A stretch of DNA of 64,000 nt, from contig CAWAMW010000017.1 of NCBI GenBank assembly GCA_963783305.1, positions 192,001 to 256,000 of the forward strand. Reading direction: 5' to 3'. The position numbers and the translations under genes are program-made. This document shows, piece after piece, positions 38,563-50,850 of this stretch (positions are counted from its first letter, which is position 1; each line of letters opens with the position of its first letter). The notes below the pieces were generated by a model. That model worked only from the letters and a program-made list of their open reading frames with translations. It was not told the DNA's origin and made no database searches. The stretch comes from an uncultured Gemmatimonadales bacterium. GTDB taxonomy: Bacteria; Gemmatimonadota; Gemmatimonadetes; Longimicrobiales; RSA9.

Positions 38563-39311
38563 GCCGCCGACTCCTGCATCAGATCGGGCCTTCCCTCGAT
38601 GAACCCCTTCACGATCGGGTCCTCCACCGCCTGGATCTCGGCGGGCGTGCCCACGTAGCGGATCCGCCCCCTGTACAGCATGGCGATCCGATCAGCCACC
38701 CGGAAGGCGCTGGTCATGTCATGCGTCACCACGATGCTCGTGACACCGAGCTCCTCGTCCATCTTCAGGATGAGGTGGTCGATCACCGCGGTCGTGACCG
38801 GATCCAGCCCGGTGGTGGGCTCGTCGTAGAGCAGGTATTTCGGTCGGGTCGCGATGGCGCGCGCCAGCCCCACCCGCTTCCGCTGTCCGCCGGACATCTC
38901 TCCCGGCATCCGGTCCTCGTAGCCTTCCAGCTCCACCAGCCGGAGCGAGTCCCGCACTCGATGGGCACGCTCCGCCTCATCCAGCTGCCGCATGCGCCGG
39001 AGCCCCATGGCGAGGTTCTCCGCCACCGTCATGGAGTCGAACAGGGCAGCGAACTGGAAGACGTATCCGACCCTCCGTCGGAGCTCGTACAGCTCCGGCC
39101 GCGTCAGCTCCGTCACCACCTCATCGTCCACCACGACCCGCCCCTCGTCCGGCACGAGCAGTCCGACGATGGTCTTCAGCAGCACGGACTTCCCCGCCCC
39201 CGAAGCCCCGATCACCGCCACCGTCTGGCCCTCGGGGACCTCCAGGGAGACGCCATCGAGGATCACCTTGTCCCCGAAGGCCTTCGAGACGTTCTCCAGC
39301 ACGATGCTCAC
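38559..39311 (-). CDS. mlaF: MlaF-type ABC ATPase
   Basis: GASGAGKS, FQFAALFDS, SGGQRKRVGLARA, YDEPTTGLDP. Confidence 0.9.
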   Translation of the reverse strand: MSIVLENVSKAFGDKVILDGVSLEVPEGQTVAVIGASGAGKSVLLKTIVGLLVPDEGRVVVDDEVVTELTRPELYELRRRVGYVFQFAALFDSMTVAENLAMGLRRMRQLDEAERAHRVRDSLRLVELEGYEDRMPGEMSGGQRKRVGLARAIATRPKYLLYDEPTTGLDPVTTAVIDHLILKMDEELGVTSIVVTHDMTSAFRVADRIAMLYRGRIRYVGTPAEIQAVEDPIVKGFIEGRPDLMQESAA

Positions 39312-40090
39312 AGGAGCGTCACCGCCCAGAAGGCGTCCAGCACGAGGATCAGCATGCTGGACAGCACCACCGACTGGGTCGTGGAGCGGCCCACGGCCTC
39401 CGCGCCACCCCGCGTGTGGAACCCGAAGTAACAGCCGATGGAGGTGACCGCGAACCCGAACAATGCGGCCTTGATCAGGGAGTAGGAGACATCGAATGGC
39501 ACGAAGTACATGCGGAGCCCCCGCACGAACTCCGCGGTGGACAGGTCGAGCATGTTGATGGCCGTGTACCAGCCGGTGACGAGGCCGAGGGCGTTCGCGA
39601 ACGCCACCACCACCGGGAACATGATGACGCCGGCGATAATGCGCGGGACCACGAGGTGGGAAACCGGATTGTATGCGAGGGTCTCGAGCGCATCGATCTG
39701 CTCCGTCACCCGCATGGTGCCCAGCTCGGCGGCGATGTTCGCTCCCACCCTGCCCGCCAACGCCAGGCCCGTCAACACCGGCCCGAGCTCCAGCAGCATG
39801 GTCTTCCCGACCAGGACGCCCACGAAGTACAGCGGCACGGCCCCCGTGAAGGTGTAGGAGGCCTGAAGCGCCAGCACGATGCCGGTGAAACCGGCAATGA
39901 ACAGCGCGATCGGGAGCGACGCGACCCCGACCCGGGCCATCTCCGTCAGGACCATCCGGCTCCACGTGGCCGTGTCGCCCAGACCCCGTCCCGCGCTCGC
40001 CAGGAAGCGTCCGAAGCGACCGAATCCGCCCGCCGCGCCCAGGGCCGACCGCCCCAGCCACCCGATGGGGGCACTCCATGAGCCATTCAT
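39308..40090 (-). CDS. mlaE: MlaE-type ABC permease
   Basis: ELGPVLTGL, AGRVGA..AAELGTMRVTEQIDAL. Confidence 0.92.
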   Translation of the reverse strand: MNGSWSAPIGWLGRSALGAAGGFGRFGRFLASAGRGLGDTATWSRMVLTEMARVGVASLPIALFIAGFTGIVLALQASYTFTGAVPLYFVGVLVGKTMLLELGPVLTGLALAGRVGANIAAELGTMRVTEQIDALETLAYNPVSHLVVPRIIAGVIMFPVVVAFANALGLVTGWYTAINMLDLSTAEFVRGLRMYFVPFDVSYSLIKAALFGFAVTSIGCYFGFHTRGGAEAVGRSTTQSVVLSSMLILVLDAFWAVTLL

Positions 40091-40107
40091 GGTCCGAACA
40101 TAGACGA

Positions 40108-40123
40108 CGGCCTGTGCCTTGCA
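40108..40123 (+). promoter_or_regulatory. Possible sigma54-type promoter
   Basis: CGGCCTGTGCCTTGCA = GG-N10-GC with TTGCA, upstream of ATG 40158. Confidence 0.35.
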
Positions 40124-40157
40124 AAGCCTCCCGGCCGTGACACACGACTCATCTCGC

Positions 40158-41072
40158 ATGCGCGTCCGACGCGGGCTCGCCATCCTGATCGGCCTGCTCT
40201 TCGCCGCCGCCCTCGTCTTCAATCTCGACGTCGTCGTGGACTGGTTCCACGGCTACGTGGATGTGGTGGCGCTCGTACCTCGCACCAACGGAGTGCGCAT
40301 CGGAGCGCCCGTCTGGGTCGCGGGCGTCGAGGTCGGGCGGGTTACCGCAATGGACTTTCAGGAGGCCGGTGGGAGGGCGGTGATCGCCCTCCACGTCCGG
40401 CTGGAAGACCGGGTCCGGGATGTCGTCCGGAAATCGAGCCGGGCCCACACCGCACGGGAGCGTTTCATCGGTGGCCCGTCGGTGCGGATCTCCGCCGGCA
40501 CCGCGGACTCCCCACCTATCCAGAGCGGCGACACGATCCTACCGCTGAACACGGTGTCGCTCGACACGCTGATCCAGCGTGGCCTGTCGTTTCCCGGGGC
40601 GCTCGACTCCCTCACCGCGACGCTGTCCGAGCTCAATCGCCTCGCCGCAGCACAGCGCGGGGGCGTAGAGACACTGCTGGACCGGGTCAGCGACGCGAGC
40701 CGCGAGGCCGCCCTCCTGGCGGCCGACTTCGAGGGTGGATCCATCGGGCAGTGGCAGCGCGACCCGCAGCGCGGACTCCGGCTGGCGGGGCTGCGCGAGC
40801 GCCTGGCTGCGCTCGGTGAAGCGACGGACGCCATGCAGCGGCGGTATCAGGACCCCGAGCTGCAGGCGGGGCTCGCGTCGGTCGCCCAGCGTGCGCAGCG
40901 CCTGGGTCAGGCGCTGGACGACCTGGAGCGTGTGGTGGCGAACGGCCGGGGGTTCGTGCCGCGTGTGGCCCGGGATTCGGCGCTGGGGGTCGCCGTCCAG
41001 GGGGTGCAGGCCCAGATCGACTCGCTGCGGAACGCCGGGCTGGGATTCGCCGCCCGTATGGTCCTGCCGTGA
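40158..41072 (+). CDS. Second MlaD/MCE family protein
   Basis: N-terminal TM, GVRIGAPVWVAGVEVGRV, helical C-terminus. Confidence 0.8.
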   Translation: MRVRRGLAILIGLLFAAALVFNLDVVVDWFHGYVDVVALVPRTNGVRIGAPVWVAGVEVGRVTAMDFQEAGGRAVIALHVRLEDRVRDVVRKSSRAHTARERFIGGPSVRISAGTADSPPIQSGDTILPLNTVSLDTLIQRGLSFPGALDSLTATLSELNRLAAAQRGGVETLLDRVSDASREAALLAADFEGGSIGQWQRDPQRGLRLAGLRERLAALGEATDAMQRRYQDPELQAGLASVAQRAQRLGQALDDLERVVANGRGFVPRVARDSALGVAVQGVQAQIDSLRNAGLGFAARMVLP

Positions 41073-41092
41073 GCCGGAGCGCCGGACCGGAA

Positions 41093-41440
41093 TCAGCCGC
41101 AGTGCTCGATGGTGAACTGGATGTCGTCGTCGCTCTGGACGCCGCCGCTTCCATTCGATGGCCCCGTCTCCACCACTACGCGCTTGACCACGCGGTCGGG
41201 GTCGGTGATGGCCACCTCGAAGAACAGGCCCTGGACTTCGCTCCGTATCTCCGTCCTGACCTGCCGCCCCGGCTCCCGCTCCGGCGCCTCGTCAGGAACG
41301 AACAGCGTCTTCGTGGACTGGCGACCCGTGGGCAGGAGGCGGCTGATCTTGACCTGCTTCAGCCAGTCGGGCTGATAGCTGATCCTGTACTCGAAGCCGC
41401 GCTGGTCCGACCCGTGGCCCTCCCGATTGTGGCGTGCCAT
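41093..41440 (-). CDS. Hypothetical protein
   Basis: GGAGAG RBS, normal composition (FEYRISYQPDWLKQVKI). Confidence 0.7.
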   Translation of the reverse strand: MARHNREGHGSDQRGFEYRISYQPDWLKQVKISRLLPTGRQSTKTLFVPDEAPEREPGRQVRTEIRSEVQGLFFEVAITDPDRVVKRVVVETGPSNGSGGVQSDDDIQFTIEHCG

Positions 41441-41777
41441 AGCTCTCCGCACTGGTGGGGGAATAAAGTCCCGCGCCGCGGGGGGCATGTCAAGCAGGCC
41501 GGTCGGCCGTGGCGGGAAGGAACCGAGGGCGCGGCGGGCTCCCGGTCCATGGTGGCCGCGGAGCCCGTCCCGTTCCACTTGACCCGGAGGGCGCGGGGTG
41601 GTAGTGTGCGCCATTCACCCTCGGCAATTCTACCTGCCACCTGTCGGCATAACCGCGTGCGGTTCCGCCGATCGAACATCAGACCTTCTTCTTACCGATT
41701 AGCAGATATACACGTCCGGCCTCCGGCCCGGTCGTTCGGGCCCCGAGCCCCGATCGTGCCTCGCGCGAGGCCGTGAT

Positions 41778-43040
41778 ATGGAGAGTCACGTGGACATCGC
41801 AGAACTGAAGAGCAAGACAGTGGGGGAGCTCCACGAGATGGCGGAGGAGCTCCAGATCGCGAATTATTCCGGGCTCCGGAAGCAGGACCTCATCTTCCGC
41901 ATCGAGCAGAATCTGCTGGACAGCGACGTGGTGCTCCGCGGGGAGGGCGTGCTCGAGGTGCTCCCGGAAGGCTACGGCTTCCTGCGGTCGCAGGACTGGA
42001 ACTATCTGTACGGCCCCGACGACATCTACGTGTCGCCGTCGCAGATCAAGCGATTCGACCTGAGGACGGGCGACACGATCATGGGGCAGGTCCGTCCGCC
42101 GAAGGAGGGCGAGCGGTACCTGGCGCTGCTGAAGGTGGAGGATGTCAACGGGAGCGACCCGGACAACGCCAAGCACCGGATCGCGTTCGACAACCTGCGC
42201 CCGCGGTACCCGGAGGGGCGGCTGCGGCTGGAAAAGAAGGATGGCGACCTGTCCATGCGGCTGATGGACCTCATCAGCCCCATCGGGATGGGGCAGCGGG
42301 GTCTCATTGTGTCGCCGCCCAAGGCCGGTAAGACGATCCTGCTCCAGAAGATCGCCAACGCCGTTCTGGAGAACCAGCCGGAGGTCCACCTCATCGTGCT
42401 GCTCATCGACGAGCGGCCCGAGGAGGTCACGGACATGGAGGAGCACGTTCCGGCCGAGATCATCTCCTCCACCTTCGATGAGCCGGCCGACCGGCACACG
42501 CAGGTGGCCGAGATGGTGCTGGAGAAGGCCAAGCGGCTGGTTGAGGCGGGGAAGGATGTGGTCATCCTGCTCGACTCCATCACGCGTCTCGCTCGGGCCT
42601 ACAACGTGACCGTGCCGCACTCCGGGAAGATCCTCTCCGGTGGTGTGGACGCCAACGCCCTCCACAAGCCCAAGCGGTTCTTCGGCGCCGCCCGCAACAT
42701 CGACCAGGGCGGATCCCTCACCATCATCGCCACGGCGCTGATCGAGACCGGGTCCCGGATGGACGAGGTGATCTTCGAGGAGTTCAAGGGCACGGGCAAC
42801 ATGGAGGTCGTCCTCGACCGCCACATCGCGGACAAGCGGATCTTCCCCGCCATCGACATCAATCGGTCGAGCACGCGGAAAGAAGAGCTGCTGCTCAGTG
42901 ATGACGAGCTGAACCGCGTTTACCTGCTCCGGAACTTCCTCTCCGACATGCCGGGTGCCGAGGCCCTCGAGTTCCTGCTGGAGCGGATGAGGCGGACGGA
43001 AACGAACCGGGAGTTCCTCGACAGCATGGCCAAGGGCTGA
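41778..43040 (+). CDS. rho: Transcription termination factor Rho
   Basis: [49 protein letters not shown]; start may be GTG 41790. Confidence 0.98.
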   Translation: MESHVDIAELKSKTVGELHEMAEELQIANYSGLRKQDLIFRIEQNLLDSDVVLRGEGVLEVLPEGYGFLRSQDWNYLYGPDDIYVSPSQIKRFDLRTGDTIMGQVRPPKEGERYLALLKVEDVNGSDPDNAKHRIAFDNLRPRYPEGRLRLEKKDGDLSMRLMDLISPIGMGQRGLIVSPPKAGKTILLQKIANAVLENQPEVHLIVLLIDERPEEVTDMEEHVPAEIISSTFDEPADRHTQVAEMVLEKAKRLVEAGKDVVILLDSITRLARAYNVTVPHSGKILSGGVDANALHKPKRFFGAARNIDQGGSLTIIATALIETGSRMDEVIFEEFKGTGNMEVVLDRHIADKRIFPAIDINRSSTRKEELLLSDDELNRVYLLRNFLSDMPGAEALEFLLERMRRTETNREFLDSMAKG

Positions 43041-43044
43041 GGCG

Positions 43045-43494
43045 TCAGCCGTACGCCGACGCCGTGTGGCGTCCCTCCACGAGGAGCTCGTAGGCGGCGT
43101 GCTGTGCGGCGGAAGGGTGCTGCGGGTAGCGCAGTACCAGGACGGGGGCGGCGACGGCGTCCGGAATGTAGAGGACGAGTCCTACCGCACCCACCACCCG
43201 TTCCACGGGAAGCGCGCGGCCGGTAGGGTCGAGCTCCACCGTAGTACCCGAGCCGAGCGTCCGGCCGATCATCAAACCGTACTCCGCCCAGGCGGGGAGC
43301 GCGGCCGCCCCGCCCGCCACCGCCGGCACCAGCTCTTCCTCGAAGTACCGCAGCGCCCGCTGGAAGCCCGGCTCGTCGTTCTCGCGGAGGTGCCGGAGTA
43401 CGATACGATAGAAGGGACGCGGATCCCGCTGACCCGCCTCCTCGATCGCTGCATCCAGCATGACGTCCGCACGTGCCTTCATCTCGTCGGTCAT
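43045..43494 (-). CDS. Hypothetical protein
   Basis: 149-aa ORF filling the gap (DPRPFYR..L, AQHAAYELLV). Confidence 0.65.
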   Translation of the reverse strand: MTDEMKARADVMLDAAIEEAGQRDPRPFYRIVLRHLRENDEPGFQRALRYFEEELVPAVAGGAAALPAWAEYGLMIGRTLGSGTTVELDPTGRALPVERVVGAVGLVLYIPDAVAAPVLVLRYPQHPSAAQHAAYELLVEGRHTASAYG

Positions 43495-43598
43495 GGCAGG
43501 ACGATGTGCCAGCGTGCCGGCCGGGTCAAGCGGGTTTCCCTGATCAGGACGGCGGCGCTACCTTGGGTTCCCGTGTCCCGCACCGAGGAGCCGCGCCC

Positions 43599-44153
43599 AT
43601 GCCCGACGAACGCTCGATCTCCGATTTCGTACAGGCTCCCGAAGGAACGCTCCAGGACATGGGGGTCCTCGAGCTCTCCTGGGACGTTTTCGGTGAGCTC
43701 TCCCGCGCCCTGGCCGTGAACGTGGCCCGGGAGTTCGATCCCGACATCGTGATTGGGATCGTTACGGCGGGCGTGATACCGGGGGCGATCATCGCGTCCA
43801 TCCTGCGACGCGACTTCTTTACTCTCAAGATCACTCGCCGGTCGGGGATGGAGCGGGTCCACGAGCACCCCAAGCTGCTGACAGCGGCGCCGAACCAGGC
43901 GCGAGGGAAGCGCGTCCTCATCGTGGACGAGATCTGCACCACCGGTGAGACGCTCCGGATGGCGCTCGCGGCCGTCCGCGCGGTGAATCCGGCCGACATT
44001 CGCACGGCCACGAGCTTCGTCAAGTCGGGCGGATTCACACCCGACTTCTACGCCGTGGAGACTGACGCCACCGTCATCTTCCCCTGGGATCGTCAGGTGC
44101 TCGGCGACTCCGGTGAGCTGACGCAGAACCCCCGCTACGACGGCGTCCTCTAG
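43599..44153 (+). CDS. Type I phosphoribosyltransferase (purine PRT-like)
   Basis: PRPP-binding VLIVDEICTTGET; C-terminal IFPWD. Confidence 0.88.
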   Translation: MPDERSISDFVQAPEGTLQDMGVLELSWDVFGELSRALAVNVAREFDPDIVIGIVTAGVIPGAIIASILRRDFFTLKITRRSGMERVHEHPKLLTAAPNQARGKRVLIVDEICTTGETLRMALAAVRAVNPADIRTATSFVKSGGFTPDFYAVETDATVIFPWDRQVLGDSGELTQNPRYDGVL

Positions 44154-44200
44154 AGTCCTGCCGCGGCAGCGAACGCGTCCGCCCCCCGGCCCCCAGGGAC

Positions 44201-44485
44201 CTACCGACGCGGGTCCGTGTCCCCCACGGTGTTCTCGAAAGACTTCGGGTCGTGGGCGTGATCGAAGGGCTGTGCCCGGCCGAACAGATCCGCCAGCTCG
44301 GTATCGTCCAGCTCCTCGACTCGACCGCCGCGGGAGAACTCCGCCGCCGGCACCTCCACTACTCGCCAGCCGTTCGACGAATTGGACGTACAGTGGAAGA
44401 TCAGGGGCAGCACCCCCTCGTGCGGGGCATCCTCCCCCACATAGGCGCGCCATTCGTCTCCGGCAGTATCGGTGATCTTGGCCAT
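44201..44485 (-). CDS. Small hypothetical protein
   Basis: 94 aa; ITDTAGDEWRAY ... LDDTELADLFGRA. Confidence 0.65.
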   Translation of the reverse strand: MAKITDTAGDEWRAYVGEDAPHEGVLPLIFHCTSNSSNGWRVVEVPAAEFSRGGRVEELDDTELADLFGRAQPFDHAHDPKSFENTVGDTDPRR

Positions 44486-44545
44486 GTCAGGTCCGTTTCC
44501 TGCATTCGTGAATCCGGAATTCTCACCCTAACTCATGCCAGACCC

Positions 44546-45310
44546 GTGCCCGCCAAGCCTACAGTTCCACACGACCGTCCCCTGCCCCGCGGCTTTCGCC
44601 GGGCTCCGATCCTTGCACTGATGGCCGTGTTCGGACTCTCCGGCTGCGCGGGCCCGGGCGAGGATGCCGAAGCGCAGGGTCGGTCAGAGGAGGCGGCCGC
44701 GGCCGCCCGGGGGGACGGGGGCATCCGGCCGGCCACCTCCACGGACACGCTCGAGATCGAAGGGATGCGAGAGCCCATCGAGCTCCGGCTCTTCGAGGCC
44801 GGCGACGACTTCCCTCTGCCGTTCACGGCATACATCCCCCAGGACATGCGCGCCGAGGTCCACGGGGACGGCACGCTGAAGATCGTCGCCGAGTTCGGCG
44901 GGGTCCGAAACGAGAACGCCTTCATCCACTTCTACACCTTCCCCGAGGGCACGCCGTGGCAGGAGGCGCTGGCCACCGCCAAGGGGTTCAAGGCCGCACA
45001 GGGGATCCCGGTGAGCCGGGGGCTCGAGCCCCTCCAGGACGACCTTCCGCCGCCCGAGGGGCTGGCGTGGGCGGAGGAAGCGTACCGATACGTGTACGAG
45101 ACCGGGGGCCAGGCGTTCGGCGGCACGCTCGGTGTGGCCCGCCGAGAGGGCCGGGCGTTCATGATCGTCACGCACCGCCCTGTCGAATACGCCGAGGGGT
45201 TCGGCCCCCGGGCGCACATCGTCATGGAAAGCTGGCGGTGGGCCGATGGCTCCGCACTGGCGAGTGGCGAGGGGTCCGCGGAGGCCGGCTCGGCACCGCC
45301 GGTTCCGTGA
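44546..45310 (+). CDS. Hypothetical lipoprotein
   Basis: Lipobox LSGC; start uncertain (GTG 44546 or ATG 44621). Confidence 0.7.
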   Translation: MPAKPTVPHDRPLPRGFRRAPILALMAVFGLSGCAGPGEDAEAQGRSEEAAAAARGDGGIRPATSTDTLEIEGMREPIELRLFEAGDDFPLPFTAYIPQDMRAEVHGDGTLKIVAEFGGVRNENAFIHFYTFPEGTPWQEALATAKGFKAAQGIPVSRGLEPLQDDLPPPEGLAWAEEAYRYVYETGGQAFGGTLGVARREGRAFMIVTHRPVEYAEGFGPRAHIVMESWRWADGSALASGEGSAEAGSAPPVP

Positions 45311-45440
45311 TGGGGAGGGCTCCGGGCAGCGCCCTCGTTTTCGGCGGCGCCATCACCCACTACCTTCCCTGCCCGGCCGTCGGATGGCGGCGGGTCGGCG
45401 GCCACGCCGGGTCGCATGCATCGTCCAGGGGTAGTCGCAC

Positions 45441-47348
45441 ATGAGCTGGAAGATCACGGACGCGTTGGACCTCTACAACGTGGAGGGCTGGGGCATCGGC
45501 TATTTCGGGATCGACGGAGAGGGCCACCTCAACGTCCACCCTACCCGGGACCCGCAGCTGGGCCTGGACCTCTTCGAGATGGCCATGGACCTGGAGGAGC
45601 AGGGCGTCACGCTTCCGGTCCTGCTTCGATTCTCCGATATCCTGCGCGACCGGATCAAGTCGCTCACCGGGCGCTTCCGCAACGCCATGGACGAGTTCGA
45701 GTACGACGGCGGGTACTCCCTGGTCTACCCCATCAAGGTCAACCAGCAGCGGCACGTGGTGGAGGAGATCCTCTCCTTCGGCGAGGACCACGGTGTGGGC
45801 CTGGAGGTGGGGAGCAAGCCCGAGCTCATGGCCGTCCTGGCGCTGGCGGAGCGAAGCGATCACCTGATCGTCTGCAACGGCTACAAGGACGAGGAGTACG
45901 TGCGTCTCGCCCTCATGGCGCAGAAGCTCGGCCACGACGTGCTCATCGTCGTAGAGAAGATCAGCGAAGTGGGCACGGCCCTCCGCGTGGCCGAGGAGAT
46001 GGATGTCGTGCCGGGGCTGGGGGTGCGGGTCAAGCTCTCGGCCAGCGGCGCGGGGCGCTGGCACCAGTCGGCCGGGGAGCGGAGCAAGTTCGGCCTTACC
46101 GCCGCCCAGCTGGTGCGCGTGGTGGACATCCTCAGGGAGGCGGACAAGCTGGAAGCGTTCCGGATGGTCCACTTCCACATCGGCTCACAGGTGCCGGACA
46201 TCCACAACGTGAAGTCCGCCATGACCGAGGTGGGCCGCTTCTACGTCGAGCTGCGCCAGATGGGCGTGGACCTGAAGTACGTGGACGTGGGGGGTGGGCT
46301 CGGGGTGGATTACGACGGTACGCGTTCCACCGCGCCGGCGAGCGTGAACTACTCCATCCAGGAGTACGCCAACGATATCGTCTACGCGCTGGCCGTCGCG
46401 TGTCGTGAGAACGGGCTGCCCATGCCGCACATCATCTCCGAGTCGGGGCGTGCGCTCACGGCGCACCACGCGCTGCTGCTCATCAACGTCATGGACCTGG
46501 AGACGCAGATCGTCGAGGCGCCAGCGGACCTGCCCGGAGATGCCGACCCGCTGGTCCAGGAGATGGCCGGGTCGCTGAAAGAGATCGACCGCCGCGATCT
46601 GCGCGAGGTCTACCACGACGCGCAGTACATCAAGAACCAGATGAACTTCCGGTTCGCCACCGGCGTCCTGTCGCTCCGCGACCGCGCTCTCGCCGAGTCG
46701 CTGCACCTGGCCATCATGAAGCAGGTGGAGGTACGGGCGCTCCGGGACCCCGAGGAATACGAGGATATCCTGCCGGAGCTCGAAACGATCCTGACGGATC
46801 GCTATTTCTGCAATTTCTCACTCTTCCAGTCGCTGCCCGACTCGTGGGCCATCGACCAGATCTTCCCGATCATGCCGGTCCACCGGCTGGACGAGGAGCC
46901 GACGCGGCGCGGGACGCTGCAGGACGTCACCTGCGATTCCGATGGGAAGATCGACCTGTTCGCCGGCTGGCGGGAGCCGCAGCGGAGCCTGCCGCTCCAC
47001 GAGGTGCGGGCGGGGGAGGCCTACGTCCTGGGGATCCTGCTGTCGGGCGCGTACCAGGAGATCCTGGGCGACCTCCACAACCTCTTCGGCGACACCAACG
47101 CCGTCCACGTCCGGCTCTCGGACGGCGGCTACGAGATCACCGACATGGTCCTGGGCGACACCACCACCGAAGTCCTGGAGTACGTCCAGTTCGACTCGCG
47201 GAAGCTGGTCGCCACCTTCCGTCGCAAGGTCCAGAACGCCAAGCTGCCCCGGGCGGAGGCCAACGCCTTCATCGCCGATTACATCGAGGGGCTCGAGGGC
47301 TACACCTACCTGGAGGGCGAGGTGGGGCTGAGGCCCGGTACCAGCTGA
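45441..47348 (+). CDS. speA: Biosynthetic arginine decarboxylase
   Basis: YPIKVNQ, EVGSKPEL, HFHIGSQ, DVGGGLGVDYDG, TCDSDG, GAYQEILGDLHNLFG. Confidence 0.97.
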   Translation: MSWKITDALDLYNVEGWGIGYFGIDGEGHLNVHPTRDPQLGLDLFEMAMDLEEQGVTLPVLLRFSDILRDRIKSLTGRFRNAMDEFEYDGGYSLVYPIKVNQQRHVVEEILSFGEDHGVGLEVGSKPELMAVLALAERSDHLIVCNGYKDEEYVRLALMAQKLGHDVLIVVEKISEVGTALRVAEEMDVVPGLGVRVKLSASGAGRWHQSAGERSKFGLTAAQLVRVVDILREADKLEAFRMVHFHIGSQVPDIHNVKSAMTEVGRFYVELRQMGVDLKYVDVGGGLGVDYDGTRSTAPASVNYSIQEYANDIVYALAVACRENGLPMPHIISESGRALTAHHALLLINVMDLETQIVEAPADLPGDADPLVQEMAGSLKEIDRRDLREVYHDAQYIKNQMNFRFATGVLSLRDRALAESLHLAIMKQVEVRALRDPEEYEDILPELETILTDRYFCNFSLFQSLPDSWAIDQIFPIMPVHRLDEEPTRRGTLQDVTCDSDGKIDLFAGWREPQRSLPLHEVRAGEAYVLGILLSGAYQEILGDLHNLFGDTNAVHVRLSDGGYEITDMVLGDTTTEVLEYVQFDSRKLVATFRRKVQNAKLPRAEANAFIADYIEGLEGYTYLEGEVGLRPGTS

Positions 47349-47558
47349 CGGCACGGCACCAAGCTGGGCCGGACCGGTCCATTGGCTCGCGTCCCACGTG
47401 GCACGGAAGGCAGGCTCCAGGTGCGCATCCACATCCTCCGCCGTGGCCAGCGCCCGGAGCAGGTCGGGCTCGTTCTCGTTCGGCGTGATCAGGTCGCCGC
47501 AACCCGCGAGGAGGGTCAGGAGAACACCAACCGGTAGCATCCTGCGTGGCAAGGGCAT
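47349..47558 (-). pseudogene. Probable truncated RagB/SusD-like lipoprotein N-terminus
   Basis: AGGAGG RBS, signal peptide with lipobox LAGC, then DLITPNENEPDLLRALATAEDV; frame then runs antisense into speA. Confidence 0.45.
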
Positions 47559-47962
47559 GGCAGATTGCCTCCTGTTCGTGTAACGGGTCCTCCACCTCAT
47601 GGTACCTGCCCCGCGAGCACGCAGAGCGTTCCGGGACCATTCAGGCGAGAATCGGGGGGGTGGGGTGACGGCGACGCTTTGACATGCTGCTGCCCTCCCG
47701 TGGCGCGGGCGCGCGGGCTACCGGGGCCGCGTAAATGCGGCCACGGGTGGGGGGGTTGCTCCCTCAAAGCTAGGCGGTTGGGACCGGCCGCGGAAGGAAG
47801 CTAAGCACGAATCGGAAGCAATGCCGAATTCGACCGGGCCCGCTTGCGGCGGCCCCACTGCCTTCGCACCTTCAATTATGCCGCGCCCGCCCGGGCGCTG
47901 ACGCCGGCGCTCCGGTCGAAACGCCGCGGTACGAGCGTTCCAACCCCGAACCGGAGGTGCAG

Positions 47963-48175
47963 ATGTCGGAGAGCGTCTACAAGGTCATCGAGCTGGTGGG
48001 CACGAGCAGCGAATCCTGGGAGAAGGCGGCGAAAGCGGCGGTGGATCGGGCGGGTCAGAGCCTGGAGGACCTGCGCATCGCCGAGATCGTCGAGCTGGAC
48101 ATGCAGCTGGAAAGCGGCCAGGTCCGAGCCTACCGCGCCAAGGTGAAGGTGTCGTTCCGCTACAAGGGCGACTGA
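47963..48175 (+). CDS. Dodecin family protein
   Basis: VYKVIELVGTSSESWE.AA...YRAKVKVSF; GGAGG RBS. Confidence 0.92.
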   Translation: MSESVYKVIELVGTSSESWEKAAKAAVDRAGQSLEDLRIAEIVELDMQLESGQVRAYRAKVKVSFRYKGD

Positions 48176-48368
48176 ACCGAACCGGCCATCGAGGCGGAGG
48201 TGCGACGGCGGCTGAGCGACCCCCCTGACCGCATTGCCCTCAGCCCGCATTGCCCCCAGCCCGGCCCGAACATCGAGGGCCACGCCTGGTCCGCAGTCGG
48301 AAAGGGCGAGTGGGCCCGGGCCGGTTTCGGTCAGGGCCCGCTCAACTGCAACTGGCACTCGCGGACCC

Positions 48369-48412
48369 CCACTCAGGCTCACGATCACCACTCAGGCTCA
48401 CGATCACCACTC
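48369..48412. repeat. 19-bp tandem repeat, ~2.3 copies
   Basis: CCACTCAGGCTCACGATCA x2 followed by CCACTC. Confidence 0.8.
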
Positions 48413-48680
48413 CGGCGGCGCTTCCCTCGGCCGGCGCGTGTCCCGACTGGAGCCTCCGGGTTCGGGAACTGCCGCCGGGTCGCGGCCGTGAAACCCGCGC
48501 CCGCCGTGGCGGCTGAACTCGCGCGGGTAGGCGCCACGGTCTTCAGCCGCCGCGCTCCTCAGCGACGTCTGCGCTGCCGGGGAGTGGACTGCGGCGGAGG
48601 GTGTTCAGCTGCGACGGCGCGTGGCGGCGTGACGGCTGAGATCGGGCGCGGCCACCGCCTTGGTATCAGCCCCCGCGCCA

Positions 48681-48753
48681 CCGCCACTGCCGGAGGACCG
48701 CCACCGCCGGGACCGCCACTGCCGGAGGACGCCACCCGGATGACCGCCACCCG
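48681..48753. repeat. Degenerate 13-18 bp tandem repeat downstream of gyrB
   Basis: CCGCCACTGCCGGAGGAC-like units repeated about 5 times. Confidence 0.6.
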
Positions 48754-48793
48754 AAATGCCGCCCTAACACTTCTCCGCCCCGGCACGGATGCC

Positions 48794-50803
<2,010 letters not shown>

Positions 50804-50850
50804 CTACTACCCTGTCCGGCTCCGGAGGTTGCGTTGAAGCGGCCGCCGCC

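Noticed and set aside
47772..47863. SRP RNA (ffs)
   Set aside because: GGAAGGAAGC is present, but the CAGG-x-CC-GGAA-GG-x-AGCAGC helix-8 pairing is missing.
48176..48793. Gene or mobile element in the 620-bp gap between dodecin and gyrB
   Set aside because: Only low-complexity ORFs and short tandem repeats are present, with no transposase, terminal inverted repeats or recognisable domain.
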